The notes beneath the pieces were generated by a model. It was not told the DNA's origin. It worked only from the letters and a program-made list of their open reading frames with translations, and did no database searches. Of a DNA stretch of 64,000 nt, positions 1 to 14,094 are shown in pieces; position 1 is the stretch's first letter, and every line of letters begins with the position of its first letter. Origin of the DNA: the human T2T-CHM13v2.0 reference genome, Homo sapiens. A program made the position numbers and the translations under genes. The DNA lies in NCBI RefSeq assembly GCF_009914755.1, contig NC_060926.1, one strand, 5' to 3'.

Positions 1-143
1 ACTTAGATTAAGAGTGGGCCTGCCTTTCCGAGACTACTGACTAAAATGTTCATCTCTTTGGCAACACTGTCACAGACACACCCACGATAAATACTTTGCA
101 TCCTTCAATCCAATCAAGTTGACACTCAGTATTAACCATCACA
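1..143 (-). mobile_element. MLT2A/B (ERVL) LTR, 5' end, cut by window edge
   Basis: Reverse complement reads TGTGATGGTTAATACTGAGTGTCAACTTGATTGGATTGAAGGATGCAAAGTATT, the MLT2 LTR start. Confidence 0.85.
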
Positions 144-877
144 GAGAGTAATGCTGCTGATCCATTACCAATAATCAATCACCAGCAATCAGTGATCAAC
201 TGCTATCAGCTATGAACAAGGTACTTTTTTACAAATTAAGTGTATAAAATCGTGAAAGATGTCTACTCTGTTCTGAAGAGGATTATGTGAAATGAAGTTT
301 CTTTTTTCTGGTAGAACAGGATTTGCGTTATCTATCCACGTTTGTTCACTTTCCTTCCCTAGTGATTGAGTCAACATGTTTGCATATCAACTGGTTAGGG
401 TAAAGAATTCCATTTATGGCCATAGATTTTGTGGGGATTACTGAACCCTAGCTGAACAAAGGAGCAAACTCAAATTTCTGTCCTATTTTCAACAACCAAG
501 AAGAGAACCTTAATTCTTGCTCCACACTCAGGTACATATACTCCTGGGGGACTATAATAAGTAATATGTCAATCCAAAGGACACACATAATTTATTTTCT
601 AAAATGTTAAATATTCTAAAATATTGACTTTAAAATGAAAAAAACAAATAAAATACTATAGAATAAACAAATTCAGATACATGATGGAGTAGAATATTAA
701 AACAGCATATATATCTTGAAACAAAACATCAGAGTACATAAAAATTGCACAATTTTAGTGGCTGTTTCATGCTTCTTCCCAAAAGTCTTAGGTTATACAT
801 CAGCTCCCTACTACTTTGAGGAATGCTTCATTGGAAGAATCTTAGACTTTCTATTTTCATTCATATGTCAGAAATGT

Positions 878-940
878 GATCATGCCACTGCACTCCAGCC
901 TAGGCAACAGAATGAGACCCTGTATCTAAAAACAAAAACA
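878..940 (+). mobile_element. Alu 3' fragment
   Basis: GATCATGCCACTGCACTCCAGCCTAGGCAACAGAATGAGACCCTGT followed by an A-rich tail. Confidence 0.85.
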
Positions 941-1847
941 CAATTTTTAAAAAAACACTAATATCAGATTATTAGGCCAAAGAGTTTTCAGTCTTTATTT
1001 GCTCCCTCCAGTCGTCTGAAGAACATGTTAAAATGTGGCTCCAGAGTCGGAGCAACGTGGAGCAATACATGTTCCTTGGTGGCAGGTCTAGGATCATGGA
1101 TTAAGGGACTCTGTGGATTCCTCTGTGGGATTACAAACTCTGTGTGGAGATACTATAAGCTACTGCACATGTCAGGCTGGTCAAGTTGCATCAAGCCTGC
1201 TAACAATGACGTTTCTGACTAAAAGCCTAAGATATTTTTTTTTTTCTGGGGGGATGACTGTAAATTTCTCTTCTAAAACTTCCACACAAAACACACTGAA
1301 AGTGTTTTCAAGTGGCTCTCTCCTTCAGAAAATCAATGTCAGAAACTTAGACCTAGTTATCTTGTAATACCAGGTTGTACCATTTTGCTCACTTCAAAAC
1401 TACTTTTATAAGGATTTGCTATTATTTTCTGGTAATGTTCCATTATGTAAATGTCTGGAAACAACTTTCTGTCAAACTCGAGATGCTAGATCAATAGAAT
1501 AAGTGCATGATCTTATGTCTTGCCAGTTATCTTTCATTATTTGGAAGTTCTCTATTTTCAATTTTCAGAATTAAAAGAGGGCTTATTTTCTAAATACAAC
1601 CTCGTTAATTCTGACTGTGCTTCTGTAGACGTTGCTGGGCCTTCCCCAATATTAGGATTCGGTGGGCTCTTCTAGAAACACTTGCCACAGACAGCAATTG
1701 GAAAATCAGCAGCAACTCTATTTGCTGCTGTATAATATTCCACTGCCCACACCTGAAAAGACAACCTTCATGAATAGCAGAGGGTAGCTGGAAGTTGTCC
1801 TGGTAATTACATAGTCATACCCCAGTCATGCTTTTGGGAATGAGCAC

Positions 1848-2065
1848 TATAGCACAGTGGTTAAACATGTGGTCTTTAGTATCGAGCAGATCTAGGCAAA
1901 TTTATGCTGTGCCACCAAGTTTAATTGTGGGCACATTACTGAAGTAAATCACCATTTCCTAATTTGCAAAATGGGTACTATGAGAATACCAATCTTACAA
2001 GTTTCTTGTGGTAATCAATTAAGACCATATTTGTATGATACTTGTTTATAGTCCTAGCACTGGTA
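1848..2065 (+). mobile_element. MIR SINE
   Basis: TAGCACAGTGGTTAA start and TTTCCTAATTTGCAAAATGGG core-like motif; boundaries approximate. Confidence 0.65.
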
Positions 2066-3043
2066 TTATGCTTATAGTATTCTGGTTTTAGACTTGTTTT
2101 GTTGTTGTTGTTATTGTTCCTTAATTTCTACCTATTTCTTTTTGGTAGGACTAAATTTTGAAATGGTCATCCTCAACATTTTTACTGTCAGGCTCTGAAA
2201 CTTCCTGTGGTCCTGCCAAGCTAAAACTCCTTGTTACCTATTTTGACCAGCCTATTTGGCACTAGACTTTCCTATACCTTCAAGTATGGTTAGGTACTCT
2301 GGATTCTGATATCAACTTCATCCCATAACTTGCAGCCACACACATTTTTCTGCACATGAATTGTCCTTCATCTTGTTCCTTTGCTTGCTTACCACCCCAG
2401 CCATTACACTCATTGTTCAGCTTGGCCCCGGCCCCTCCTTGTTTACCTTGTTCTATAGCTGTACACCACCTAGTACAGTCTAGTGTATAGGCTAGTGCCA
2501 ACCCCTAGACTATAAGATCATTCTCTTATATTACAGGAGCTCCTGGATTCTTTAAGTTCTATCATCTTTCTTGACAATATAATAAATAGAACACTGTATC
2601 TCAAGAGGAGAAAATAAAATGTGTATGACCTGAAGTCACTAGCTTTTCGACCTTAACTGACAATCTTTGGGACAAAGATTTTCATTTTTCTTGGCACATG
2701 CGCAATTGGTAATATTCTATATCCAGATAAGAAGCCATGAGTCTTTTTTTCTCCTCCAACTGGATTTATTCAATATTTGTGTGGTGGATGAGATTCAAGG
2801 CAGGAAATTAGGTTGTTTAATGCCAGATTTGCAAGCTGGTTGTTAAGAAGTCCCTATTCAGTGATTTCTTTAAAAGTTTGGGAGAAAACTCAGGGTAGAT
2901 TTTAGATGAATGCATGCTGTATGAGGAGTGAGGTGATACTCCCCACTCACAATAAGAAGACAACACAACGATTTTATATTCTAGCCCTTGATCATTATCC
3001 AGGATAAGTATATATTAAATGCTTGTTACATTCAGAACTTTAT

Positions 3044-3234
3044 GCCAGCTGTAGTGGCTCATGCTTATAATCCCAGGACTTTGGGAAGTTGAGGTGGGAG
3101 GATTGCTTGAGGCCAGGAGTTTGAGATAAGTCTGTGAAACATAGCAAGACCCCATCTCTACAAAAATAAAAATAAAAAATTTAGCCAGGCATAGAGGTGC
3201 ACATCTGTGGTTTCAGCTACTCAGCTGAGGCAGG
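3044..3234 (+). mobile_element. AluJ, 3'-truncated
   Basis: Left monomer with AluJ-type GGAGGATTGCTTGAGGCCAGGAGTT, A-rich linker and partial right monomer. Confidence 0.85.
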
Positions 3235-4332
3235 AAAAAGCTGATGAAACAAAGAGAGTAAACTGTTAATAGTGGAGTCTGGGTGATACATATTTAAATG
3301 TTCATGGTAAAATTCCCTCAGTTTTCAATATTATTGAGATGTCAATGTTAAAATGTTGAAAATAATGTTAATAAACAAATATACGTTTGTATCACCATCT
3401 CAGTGATTCACTGGTTTGGTAGAATTAACAGATTCATTGAGATGTTATTAATAGGAAAGGACTCATTAAAATACTTGAGACTGTTCTGACAATCAATAGA
3501 CATAACGCTTTATGCACCAACAGATATATACACACATTCGTGTATACATATTTATATTTATATATCTTAAAGCTATTATAAATTTGAAGAGAAATTGATA
3601 CAGGCACAATTATCATTGAATACTTAGGCAAAACTCTCAGATCAGAAATATACATCTGAAGAACATTTTTATCCCAACCCATTCCTGATTTCAAAGTCTG
3701 TCCCCCTCTTCTGTCTTCATTTCATAATTATGATCCTGTAATTCATGAACGACCTAAATTAGAATCATTTGGAATATTAATTAAATCTGCAGATTGCAAG
3801 AACCACTGTATTAATCTCTAAAGGTTTGAGTCCAGAAATCTGCTCTCCTAGCAATTCTCATGTCTTGGAGCTTAGACCATTTATTGTGGTAAATAAGGAG
3901 ATAAATTGTCCTATGCTTTTGCATAGTGTATATTAAATACTTGCTACATTCAGGACTGTATCTGACTTCAAATCGCAAGAAGACTCTTTCTTCTAACTCT
4001 TATCTAAAACATTCGCTCCACTTGATCATATACCTATTATTTATACTCAGATTCAATTGTTAAAATATATTTCTTCCAATAAAGGCTTTTCCCATTTTAG
4101 ATTACATATAATACTGAAAGGGTTAGCATGATATTTATATTATTAGCAGGTCCTTCTGGCTCGCAAATGAATTGCTTTTGTAGTCTCCAATCCAACATCC
4201 AGTTGAAAGCACATAAAGACAGGAGGCAGGATGAGAAAAGCATGAGAGGATTGGGCATCTGTATGTGAGTGGAAAGGTGAGTAGAGCAAGAAAAAACATC
4301 TTTTTTATTTCTGCCAGATGAGTAAAACTTTA

Positions 4333-5275
4333 AGTCAGGATCCAGTCAGGAGAAAGAAACCACACAAGTAATTAATTTTAACTGAGAGGCCTTAATATAA
4401 AGGATTTTTAACTAGGTACAATATTAACTAAGAACCTGAAAAGGCAGTAAGAGGACATCAAGGTATCAATGAGGAAGCAGTTGCAGGAAACAGCTTCCAC
4501 CACTAGGAGTAAGGTAACAAAGAGAAGATATGAGAATTATTAAAATGTAAACTCTTCGAGGAAGCTAAACTCAGACCACTGAGGAGGGGCTGCTTCTCAG
4601 TTGGGGCTGGTGTCTCTGATCTTGGAGGAGGGGGCCTCTTGGGAATGGGGTGCAGAACTCCAAAGGGAAGACACTACTTGGCTACTCAGCAGTAGCCAAG
4701 AATGGATAGATGGATAGGTAAGTGAATGAAAAAAAATGGTAAGAATGAAGCAGCTTTCATGATTCTGTGTGAATCGTAGGAAACGTGTTATGATTTCTCA
4801 TTATAAGTTGAGAGATAGTGTGATAGATAATTTTATGTGTCGACTTGGCTGGGCCACAGTATACCCAAATATTTAGCCAAATACTGTTCTGGATGGTGTC
4901 TGTGTTTTGAAGAGGGGGCCTTGGAGGAGGGGCCTCATTGGGCTGGGGTGCAGATCTCTGAGGAGGAGTTACTGGCCTCCTGGTGCTGGTTTCTCTCAGT
5001 GAGCACAAATAGCTGGTACTGCAAGTGCTGGAAAAACCTGCAAACTGAATTAATATGCTGCTAGGGAAGGAACTGCTGCTATTGGAATAAAGAAACATTG
5101 CTCAGCACAACTGACAAGGGCAGAAAGCAAAAAACCAAACCGGGAGGAGTCAGTCCCTCCTTCTGCCAGCCTTGAGCCTCCCTCTACCTCCCCCTCTTGG
5201 TAGAGCCTTACAAGAAGCCAGCTGTCACAGCAGAGGTGGTTGCAGAGTTCCAGATAACAGATGACAAGGGCAATT
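4333..5275 (-). mobile_element. Ancient LTR (LTR78/LTR85-like), interrupted by insert at 4700-4904
   Basis: Resembles recalled ancient LTR consensus (CAGTCAGGAGAAAGAAACCACAC...TTAATATAAAG; CCCCCTCTTGGTAGAGCCTTACAAGAAGCCAGCTG); family and ends uncertain. Confidence 0.45.
4700..4904 (+). repeat. Dispersed direct duplicate of 6009-6210
   Basis: About 205 bp aligned by eye at roughly 92% identity; includes unique flank and the MLT2 5' junction. Confidence 0.95.
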
Positions 5276-6126
5276 GCCAATTATAATTGAATCACAGGGA
5301 TCAATTCCAGAGCATCCTCTTTTCCCACAGTTCAGCTGACCAGGACTTCACGCAGACATGTGTCAGGATGTAAAAATGATCTGATTCTAATTAAGGCATA
5401 GTTTTTTTTTTATATCATTAACGCTAGGTTTGTACACTCTCATTCATTTTCCAAAATAAAATACTATTATTCATAGGGTTTGAGATTCAAGGTGAACTCA
5501 AGAAGTACCCATCCATATGCACAAAAGATTAAGATTTGCATAATTTACAGAAAGTTCTGCAACATTAAAATTCCATTTATTAACTATGAGGCACAGTATA
5601 AATGTTTAAGGGAAAATACCTAGCAGAGCATATGTTGTATTAACACCCTGAAAATGTCTGTGATATGGAAGTCCAGGTTCATTTCAGAGGCATTCTGCAC
5701 AGTAGATTTGTTGTTATGCATAGTGTTATATTGCATTTCATTGCCTTGTGCTACAAGCTGCCTTAGAGAGAGAATTAGAGAAGAAATGACTTTTTAGGCT
5801 TTCATCAAACCCAATGATTATTTTCTGTACCTATGGCAAACATAAGAAATTCTCTCAAATAATTTTTCCTTTTGGTTCCTGAAGTCACTGACAGATCCTT
5901 GAAAAGCCCATTTTATTTCTTCCTGTTTGTTTTTGAGACAATAAATCGAGGGGCCAAAAAAGTGCCTAAAAGTAAGAGATGATTAGTAAATCTTATTAAC
6001 TGATATGTGAATGGATAGATGGATAGGTAAGTGAATGAAAAAAATGATAAGAATGAAGCAGCTTTCATGATTCTATGTGAATCATAGGAAACTTGTTATG
6101 ATTTCTCATTATAAGTTGAGAGATAG

Positions 6127-6624
6127 TGTGATAGATAATTTTATGTGTCGACTTGACTGGGCCACAGTGTGAACAATATTTAGCCAAATATTGCTCCGGA
6201 TGCTTCTGTGAGGGTGTTTTTGGATGGAATTAACTTTTAATTTGGCAGACTTAGTAAAGCAAATTGCTCTCCCTAATGTGGGTGGGCTTTGTTAAATCAG
6301 TTGGAGGCCTGAATAGAAAAAGAAGAAATGGGACTGACTTTCTTCTGAGTAAGAGAATTCTCCTGAATGCTTTCAAACTGAGCTATTGGCTTTTTCCTGT
6401 CTTTGGACTTGAACTGAAACACTGGCTCTCCTTGGGTCTTGAACCTGCCAGTCTTCTAGATAAGGACTACACCATCCATTCTCCTTCTCAGGTCTTTGGA
6501 CTCAGAATGGAACTTCACCACTGACTCTTCTGTCTCCAAATTGCAGACTCATTCTGTAGGTCTTGGGACTTGTTAGCATCCACAATCATGTGAACGACTC
6601 TCTTATAACAAATCTCTCTCTCAA

Positions 6625-6656
<32 letters not shown>

Positions 6657-6763
6657 AAATGTATAAAATATATACAAAATACACATTTATAAAAAGATTT
6701 GTATTTATATTCATACACATACATCCTATTGGTTCTGTTTTCTGGAGAACTCTGACTAATACA
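6127..6763 (+). mobile_element. MLT2 (MLT2C/D-like) solo LTR with internal (CT)n(TA)n
   Basis: TGTGATAGATAATTTTATGTGTCGACTTGACTGGGCC...GGAGAACTCTGACTAATACA; TG..CA ends; perfect 5-bp TSD GATAG at 6122-6126 and 6764-6768. Confidence 0.9.
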
Positions 6764-8644
6764 GATAGTGACTCAAATAAATGAAACAAAGAGACAAAAT
6801 GAAGAACCTCTTGGCTCTTCAAGTTGAACTTGCAATTTGTTTGATTCTTTTCTTCTGTGATGTTACTGTTACAATAATCACTACTATGACAAGCTGCCAT
6901 TTATTATTCACTATCTGGCAACAATGTACTATCCATTTTACCCATTTTATCTCATTCATTACTTTTGAAACATTTTGAGGAAAAAAGTCCTAGAGCTGAG
7001 TGAATAATAACTTGCCTGTGTTACATGTTTAACACACCCTACATTTAAATCTATGCTCTTCTGATTTCAAACTTTAAATTCTTAACCAGTCATGGATCCA
7101 ACATTAAACACATGGAATGCCTTTAGCCAAACACTTCTTTATTTTCCCTTTTTGGTTTCCTCACTCAGAAATGAGGCATTAAATACGATGTACTTTACTG
7201 CCCATTCCAGATCTTCACAGTCTTAAATTCCATGATTCTTAATCAGTAGTTAAAAAGAATGCAGCACTCCAGCTACTACTGGAGCCATGGCCATATGAGT
7301 GCAATGTCAAGTACAAGGTCAGCACTTGTTTAGAACCTCACAGTGCTGTGGGTGAGTTAGAAGATCCTCTTACAAAGCAATTTGGAGACCCTTTGACTAC
7401 CCTCAAGGATTTTACCTATTATTCCTGTGTGATTGTTGCCTCTAGTAATTTTACACTATTAATCTAGCTAAGTAGATAAAATGTGGCCTTAGAATTTTTT
7501 TTTTCTTTTTCTTTTTTTCTTTGCACTCTTTCTTTCTTCTTTGAATATCTCATGGTTTGGTGATGTCTTTTTTATCCTCTGGGTCCTCCTTTCCCCACTG
7601 CACTCCCATCCCAAGGACCCTGACTCCTGGATCCTGCCCCATGTGCTTCACCTTTCCTGCTCTGGATGTCCTAAACACCAAGGCTTCAGCATCCACTCAT
7701 TCTTTATCTCATTTATTATCCCCCTGGGATGCTGAAAACAAATCTGGCAGACTAAACAGGTTTTCCAATGAGTATGTTACACAGATTGTTAAAATTTATT
7801 GTTATCAAGAAAAAGAGGTTTTATTGCCAGGTAACTTTAGAAAAGATAAAATTAAACACAACTGTGCTAGTTTCCTTGCTGCAGAACTCCTCAGTGCCTT
7901 TAATGTGCAAATGTGTCCAACTAAACTTCAAGAGTAAGTTTATGTAATAGATCTCACATTTTATTTTATCCTGTAGCCCTCTTTGCTCAGTCCTGTAGGA
8001 CTTTGCTTGGTCCTGTGGGACTAAAGTTCTGTGGAACACATTTTGGGAAATGGTAAAGTATACCCGACATATAAATGAGTAAGTGCATTCGCCTTTCTAG
8101 AACACATATTTAAACAGAAATTAACTTTCTTTAGTTGATGGGGATAGTTACTGACAACTCTTCTTGCAAGAGAGCAGTCTGTGAGGTAATAACCAGTTAG
8201 AGAAAAGTCAAGAAGTTCTGAGTATCTTAATTATCACATGATTTCAAGAAACATTATGCTTCAGTACCCAGGTAAAAGTTTAAGATATTAAAGCAAATTA
8301 TTCACTTACTAATTCTCAACAATACAAGGCATTTAATTTAGTCTTTGATAAACCATTTTTATAAAACTTAGTCACATCATGTAAATATCTCAGAGCCCAA
8401 CTTCTAACCTGTGTCAAGTTTTTTGATATTATAGAAATGGTTACAATGAATAATCTGATTCAAATGTAATTTGTTACATATATATGCTATCTGTACCAGA
8501 TAACATAAGACAAGGAAGTGTAGCTCAAAATCTATGCACATTTTTAATATTGATAGAGTGCTGAATTGTTTTCCCTTAGGTTGGACCAAGTCAATGTTAT
8601 ACATTTAAAACATCTTATTTTAAAAAATTAATTTTATTATGAGA

Positions 8645-8738
8645 TTAAATATTTTATTTAATTTAATTTATTTAATTTATTTAATTTAATTTATTTAATT
8701 TATTTATTTAATTTATTTAATTTAATTTAATTTATTAT
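8645..8738. repeat. (ATTT/ATTTA)n simple repeat
   Basis: Visible tandem TTTAA/TTTA units. Confidence 0.9.
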
Positions 8739-8876
8739 CTGGTATAAGCTATATAGACATATTCTTTATCTCCTTTTATGTTGTTTTAGGTTATTATTAT
8801 TATTTTTATTCATTAAATACAAAGACTTACCTAGAACTTTTTTGGTTTTAGATGTGAGGTAATAATCTGTTTTTTG

Positions 8877-9181
<305 letters not shown>

Positions 9182-11991
9182 CTATTTCTTTTAACAGATG
9201 GTTGCCAAATTTTCTCAATATGATAATAAATTATCCATATTATCTCTACTAAAATCCAATATATTTGGGGACGTTATTTCTAGGTTTTCTAGTTTGTCTG
9301 TTTATGCACCGGTACTATATTGTCCTAATTATCTTAGCTCTGATTATATTTTATTATGTTAAATTTCTAAATTATGTTGCCTTATTTTCATATAAACTTT
9401 AGGATCACTTTCCAGTTATTAAAAAAAATTAGTATTTTTGTTTGGATTACATAAATTTTTAGAACAATTTAGAAATAATTCACATATTTGGAGTGTTGAA
9501 TATTTTTATCCAAGAACACAGCATGTCAAGTAATTAATTTTTGGACTTCCTAAACAGCAATTTATTAAAATGTAAGCGTTATTTGGATTCTGCATAAATC
9601 TTTCACTAATTCATATACTTCAGTTACAACAAGCCTGACTCATAAACAGTATAATACAAATATTTTATTAATTATTATCATAGGAGGAGTTATTACTTTT
9701 ATCATAATTTCTTGGATTTGATAGGGTTTGTTGGTAACCCAGGTCTTGTTTGCAGATATTTTATATCTTAATGGCCAGCTATTCAACTGATATATTATTT
9801 TCAATGACTAGAACTTGTTCATAGAGAAAGACATATCTTCAGCAAAAGGGCTAATTCTGGAAAATTCATGTATACAGGGCAAATTAAAATCATTAGAAAC
9901 AAAATACACAATTGAGAAATGGTTGATCATAATGGAAATTTGACTTGTAAAAATGTGAATCTTTAAAAAGCAGAACATGTTTGAGGATTTCTGTTGGATT
10001 TTAAAGCTTCGATTAATGCTATTTGATTATCAATGGCATAGAAAGGAAGCAGAGCCAATTCTAAATAAAATAATGATGTATATAATCTGCTTATCTATAA
10101 TTAGAGCTAGGCACTAATATTTGGCAATGGTTTTAAATAGTTTCCTGATACTCTCCAGGGTTGATCTGTTAATTAGCTGATAGGTAAATTGGTTAGAAAA
10201 TAAGTTGTTTGAAATACTTTTTCATCACTGGTCTCATATTGTATGGAGGGTGACGAAGAAAATTCCTGACAGCTGAGATGTGGGGAGATAAGACTAAAAA
10301 GCAAAGGGGGAAGATATGGTATCTGCGGACTTAGCTCTTGGCAAGACCTATTCCCTATGTTTAGCATATGGCACTGTCTTGCTCTGGGGCACAGGCCTTT
10401 ATGCCCTCATAGTAATCTTTGACATTAGCTTTTTTAGTGGCTTGCATTGGACATCCACTGTTGGAGTTCAAAAATAACTTAGGTTCCTTTTTTCTCTTCC
10501 CTGTCTGGGTTCTGAACATGCTGAGACATGAAGAGTAGGAAAGCTAAGAGATTAAATATCAGCATCATTCTTCAGAAAGGCTAAGAAACAGTCACTTTGC
10601 TGTGGAAGCCAAATGGGCCACTTACTTGAATACCAGGAGCAGGCAGATATACCAAAGGAGACATGATCATCCAAAGCCCACATAAGAGCTGGTCCCTGGA
10701 GAAGCAGGCAAAAATATTCCCTTTCTGAGTTTGACTCACTTTCAAGGAGAAGGGCTTAGCTGAGTCAAGCATGCCCAGTTATACTCATTACATTTACCAA
10801 ACAGCAATGTTCTCTATCTCGCCAATGAAAAAGCAAGGAAATGAGTACAGATACGTTTGGGAGAATCCTTATGAAACCTGGGAGGTTAAAAAGCTGCACT
10901 CCATGCAAGCATCCTGGTTTTTGTTTTGTTTTTTGTCTTTCGTGTTTTTTTTTTTTTTTTTTTTTTTTGGCCTACTTGGTCCCTAGGCCAAAGAGATGTA
11001 GGAGAAATGCCTCAGCAAGAAGAAACTAGATGCATTTTTACCCTACAATTTCTATGTTCTCTGATCATCTTAACTCATAGAATGAGATGCTCACTACAGA
11101 TGCTCATTACGTTGAAAAGGCAGCAGGCAATTCTAGACTTTCCTTAAAACTTGAAATTTAACCAATAACAGACTTTTATCTAATATTTCTTGTTGTTAAG
11201 TAGTTAGAAAAGTAATTTTACTGTTTAGTTGATAAAATAGCCAGATGTTTTTCAAGTGACATTCTCCCAGTTAACATCTAGCTGACATAAACAAAGAAAC
11301 TGTTAGTCATCAGAGTTAGGGCTATAGATGCAAATATTTGGTCCTTATCAGAGCACTAGTTTAGGAATAACATACACTTGAGTAGACTCTGAGGGCTGTT
11401 CTGATGCAAGATTTGTCTACAATTACATATAAGACAAACGACAGGAAGAGAACGTTATATAAGGGTGGGGGGGGCATCACTCAAAAGCCATTACACTCTG
11501 GAAAAACACACACACACATCTTTAGGTTAAGAATAATAAATGTCTGCTTGTTTAGCTATGTAAACAGCTATGGACTTTTTTGCTTTGAAAATCACATAGC
11601 AAGAGAAATAGTCACATGTTTTGAAGGAAAAGAATTGATAAAATGCTTACTTTGGCCTGGATTCCTTAGCAATCAGCCTCTGACCCAAGCAGGAAACACA
11701 TGCAGAGTGAACACGTTATTGAAATAAAGGCCTGGGTATGAAATTATTCACACCCTTATGCCCAAAGGTACGTGTGTTCATAGCGTGTTCCTAGTTTTTC
11801 TTACTGATAATTTCTGAGGCTGCTGCTTCTTTCTTTTACCACTGATTGACTAAAAGTCCCTTCAAATTATTTATATTACATTCCCAGTGGACATATTATT
11901 AAATATCATACACTGAAAGACGAGATGTCAAGTCTCTCATCACTTTCATGGAGGTAGGAATTCTTGGTAAACTAAAATCTAGCGTGTGTTG

Positions 11992-12280
11992 TTTTTTTTT
12001 AAGACAGTTTTGTTCTCTTGCCCAAACTACATTGCAGTGGCAGGATCATAGCCCAATGCAGCCTTGATCTCCTGGGCTCAAGCGATCTTCCCCACTGTTT
12101 CCCAAGTACCTGGGACACAGGTGCATGCCACAGTGTCCTACTAACCTTTAAAAAAATTTTTTTAAAGGCAAGTTATTGCTTTGCTGCCCAGGCTGGTCTT
12201 GAACTCCTGGTTTCAAGCAATCCTCGCACCTCAGCTTCCCAAAGTGTTGGGATTACAGGCATGAGCTACCATGTCCAGCC
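11992..12280 (-). mobile_element. AluJ
   Basis: Antisense Alu with AluJ-type CCTGGGCTCAAGCGATC; source of ORF 12018-12299. Confidence 0.9.
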
Positions 12281-12489
12281 TAGTGTGTATCATTATTGAG
12301 TGACTTGGTGCTCCTCAATCAACATAGTGGCAAAAACAGCCAAGTTGTAAGTGGCACATGCTTTATAGGTGGGAGAAAACCAACAAAGATGTATTATTCT
12401 GTTGATCTGTCTGTTAGAATGTGCCCAATAGTCAATATTCTTAGTCATAATATGAACATGTTTGCTTTGGAGCAAAACTATTGATTAAA

Positions 12490-12560
12490 TATACACATAA
12501 ACATATACACACACACTATATATATAGATAGATAGGTAGATAGATATAGACATATATAAT
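12490..12560. repeat. (CA)/(TA)/(TAGA) compound microsatellite
   Basis: Visible simple repeats. Confidence 0.8.
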
Positions 12561-13160
12561 TAGTGTTTAAATGACAAATACATGCCAACCATATATTTTT
12601 CTTCTAGAAAACCCGTTAGAAATACGGACCAACCAATAGCTACACCTTTTGTTTTCATAACACATTCCCTCAAGGAATGGTTTCATAGTATAAAAATGCA
12701 ATTATAACTCAAATTAATTTGTAAATTAAGTACAATTCTCAACTACATCCAGATGTCATAATTTTCAAACTCGATAAAATTACTACAAACTTTTCTGAAA
12801 ATTGAAACAAACAAGAATAAACAAAAAATTTCAAAGAAGGGAAATAATGTGAAATAAATTGCCTTCTCTAATGAATTTTCTAAAGGACCTTCAAATATAG
12901 TATTCACTCACAGTTGTTAAAAACAAAAATAGTTTGTTATCGAACAAGAATGCAACCCTAGAAGGAAACGTAACAAAATGTTAACAGTGGTTATCTCTGT
13001 ATGATAGATTTGTAAGTCATTTTCTTTTTCTTTCCTTATTTTTTACATTTTTTCTAGATTAAAATGTTTTATTTAGTACAAATGGAAAAAATAAAAAATA
13101 TACAGATGAATGAATGGAAATGAAAAATTCTAATAAAGTATCATTAAATTATAAACTTAT

Positions 13161-13465
13161 GGCTGGGTGCCATGGCTCATGCCTGTAATCCAGCACTTTG
13201 AGTGGCCAAGATGGGTGGATCACCTGAGGTCAGGAGTTGGAGACCAGCCTGGCCAACATGGCAAAACCCTGTCTCTAGTAAAAATACAAAAATTAATCAG
13301 GTGTGGTGGTGGATACCTGTAATCCCAGCTACTAGGAGGCTGAGGCACGAGAATCGCTTCAACTCGGGAGGCGGAGGTTGCAGTGAGCAGAGATTGTGCC
13401 ATTGCCCTCCAGCCTGGGCAACGGAGCAAGACCCTGTCTCAAAAAAAAAAAAAAAGAAAAAAAAA
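13161..13465 (+). mobile_element. AluS (Sx-like)
   Basis: Full dimer, GATCACCTGAGGTCAGGAG, poly-A tail, TSD TAAACTTAT on both sides. Confidence 0.95.
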
Positions 13466-14094
13466 TTTTAAACTTATTTGTAAATTAAGTCAACAAACAC
13501 TTTTTAGGTGCCTACTATATTCTAGATAGTCACCTTCTAGTTTCTTATCCTTATATATAAAACCAATATTTCTGCAGTTTCTACATGCTCACTTCAGGTT
13601 TTAAACATCACTGGCTGAGACAGGCTTACAGTGTTCTGGGATGTAAATGCAACACTGGAGAGCACTCATTCCCTTGGCTTCACTTGTATGGCTCCACTTT
13701 AAATCAATCAGCAAAGGCAATATTCTCAGCTCAAGTTTCCTTAACACTATTCCATTCAATATTGTGATGCTTGTGGGTAATTGCCCAAGTGTGACATTAA
13801 GTTGGAGACTCGTTACTGCAAATAAGAGGAATGAGGTTAATCTGTCACAAATTCTCAGGTAACTTGGTTTTCTTTTGTGCCTCTCAAAGTCAAATTCTCA
13901 AAATAGACAAGCCAGCTTGTCTATTTTATCTGGAACAGCTGCGACAAAATTTCTCTTGTTTTCTTGTTTGAATGTTGAAAGTTGCATACAAGATTATACT
14001 GTGAAACTTGATATAGTGAAAGACCATGGCAAGAAGATGGTTGACTGCAGTGAGTACCAGCTCTCCTCAAGCTTTGCAATGGATACTGGGTCAT

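Noticed and set aside
14022-14075. AAGATGG motif resembling a second L1 5' end
   Set aside because: The similarity does not extend beyond the short YY1-like motif.
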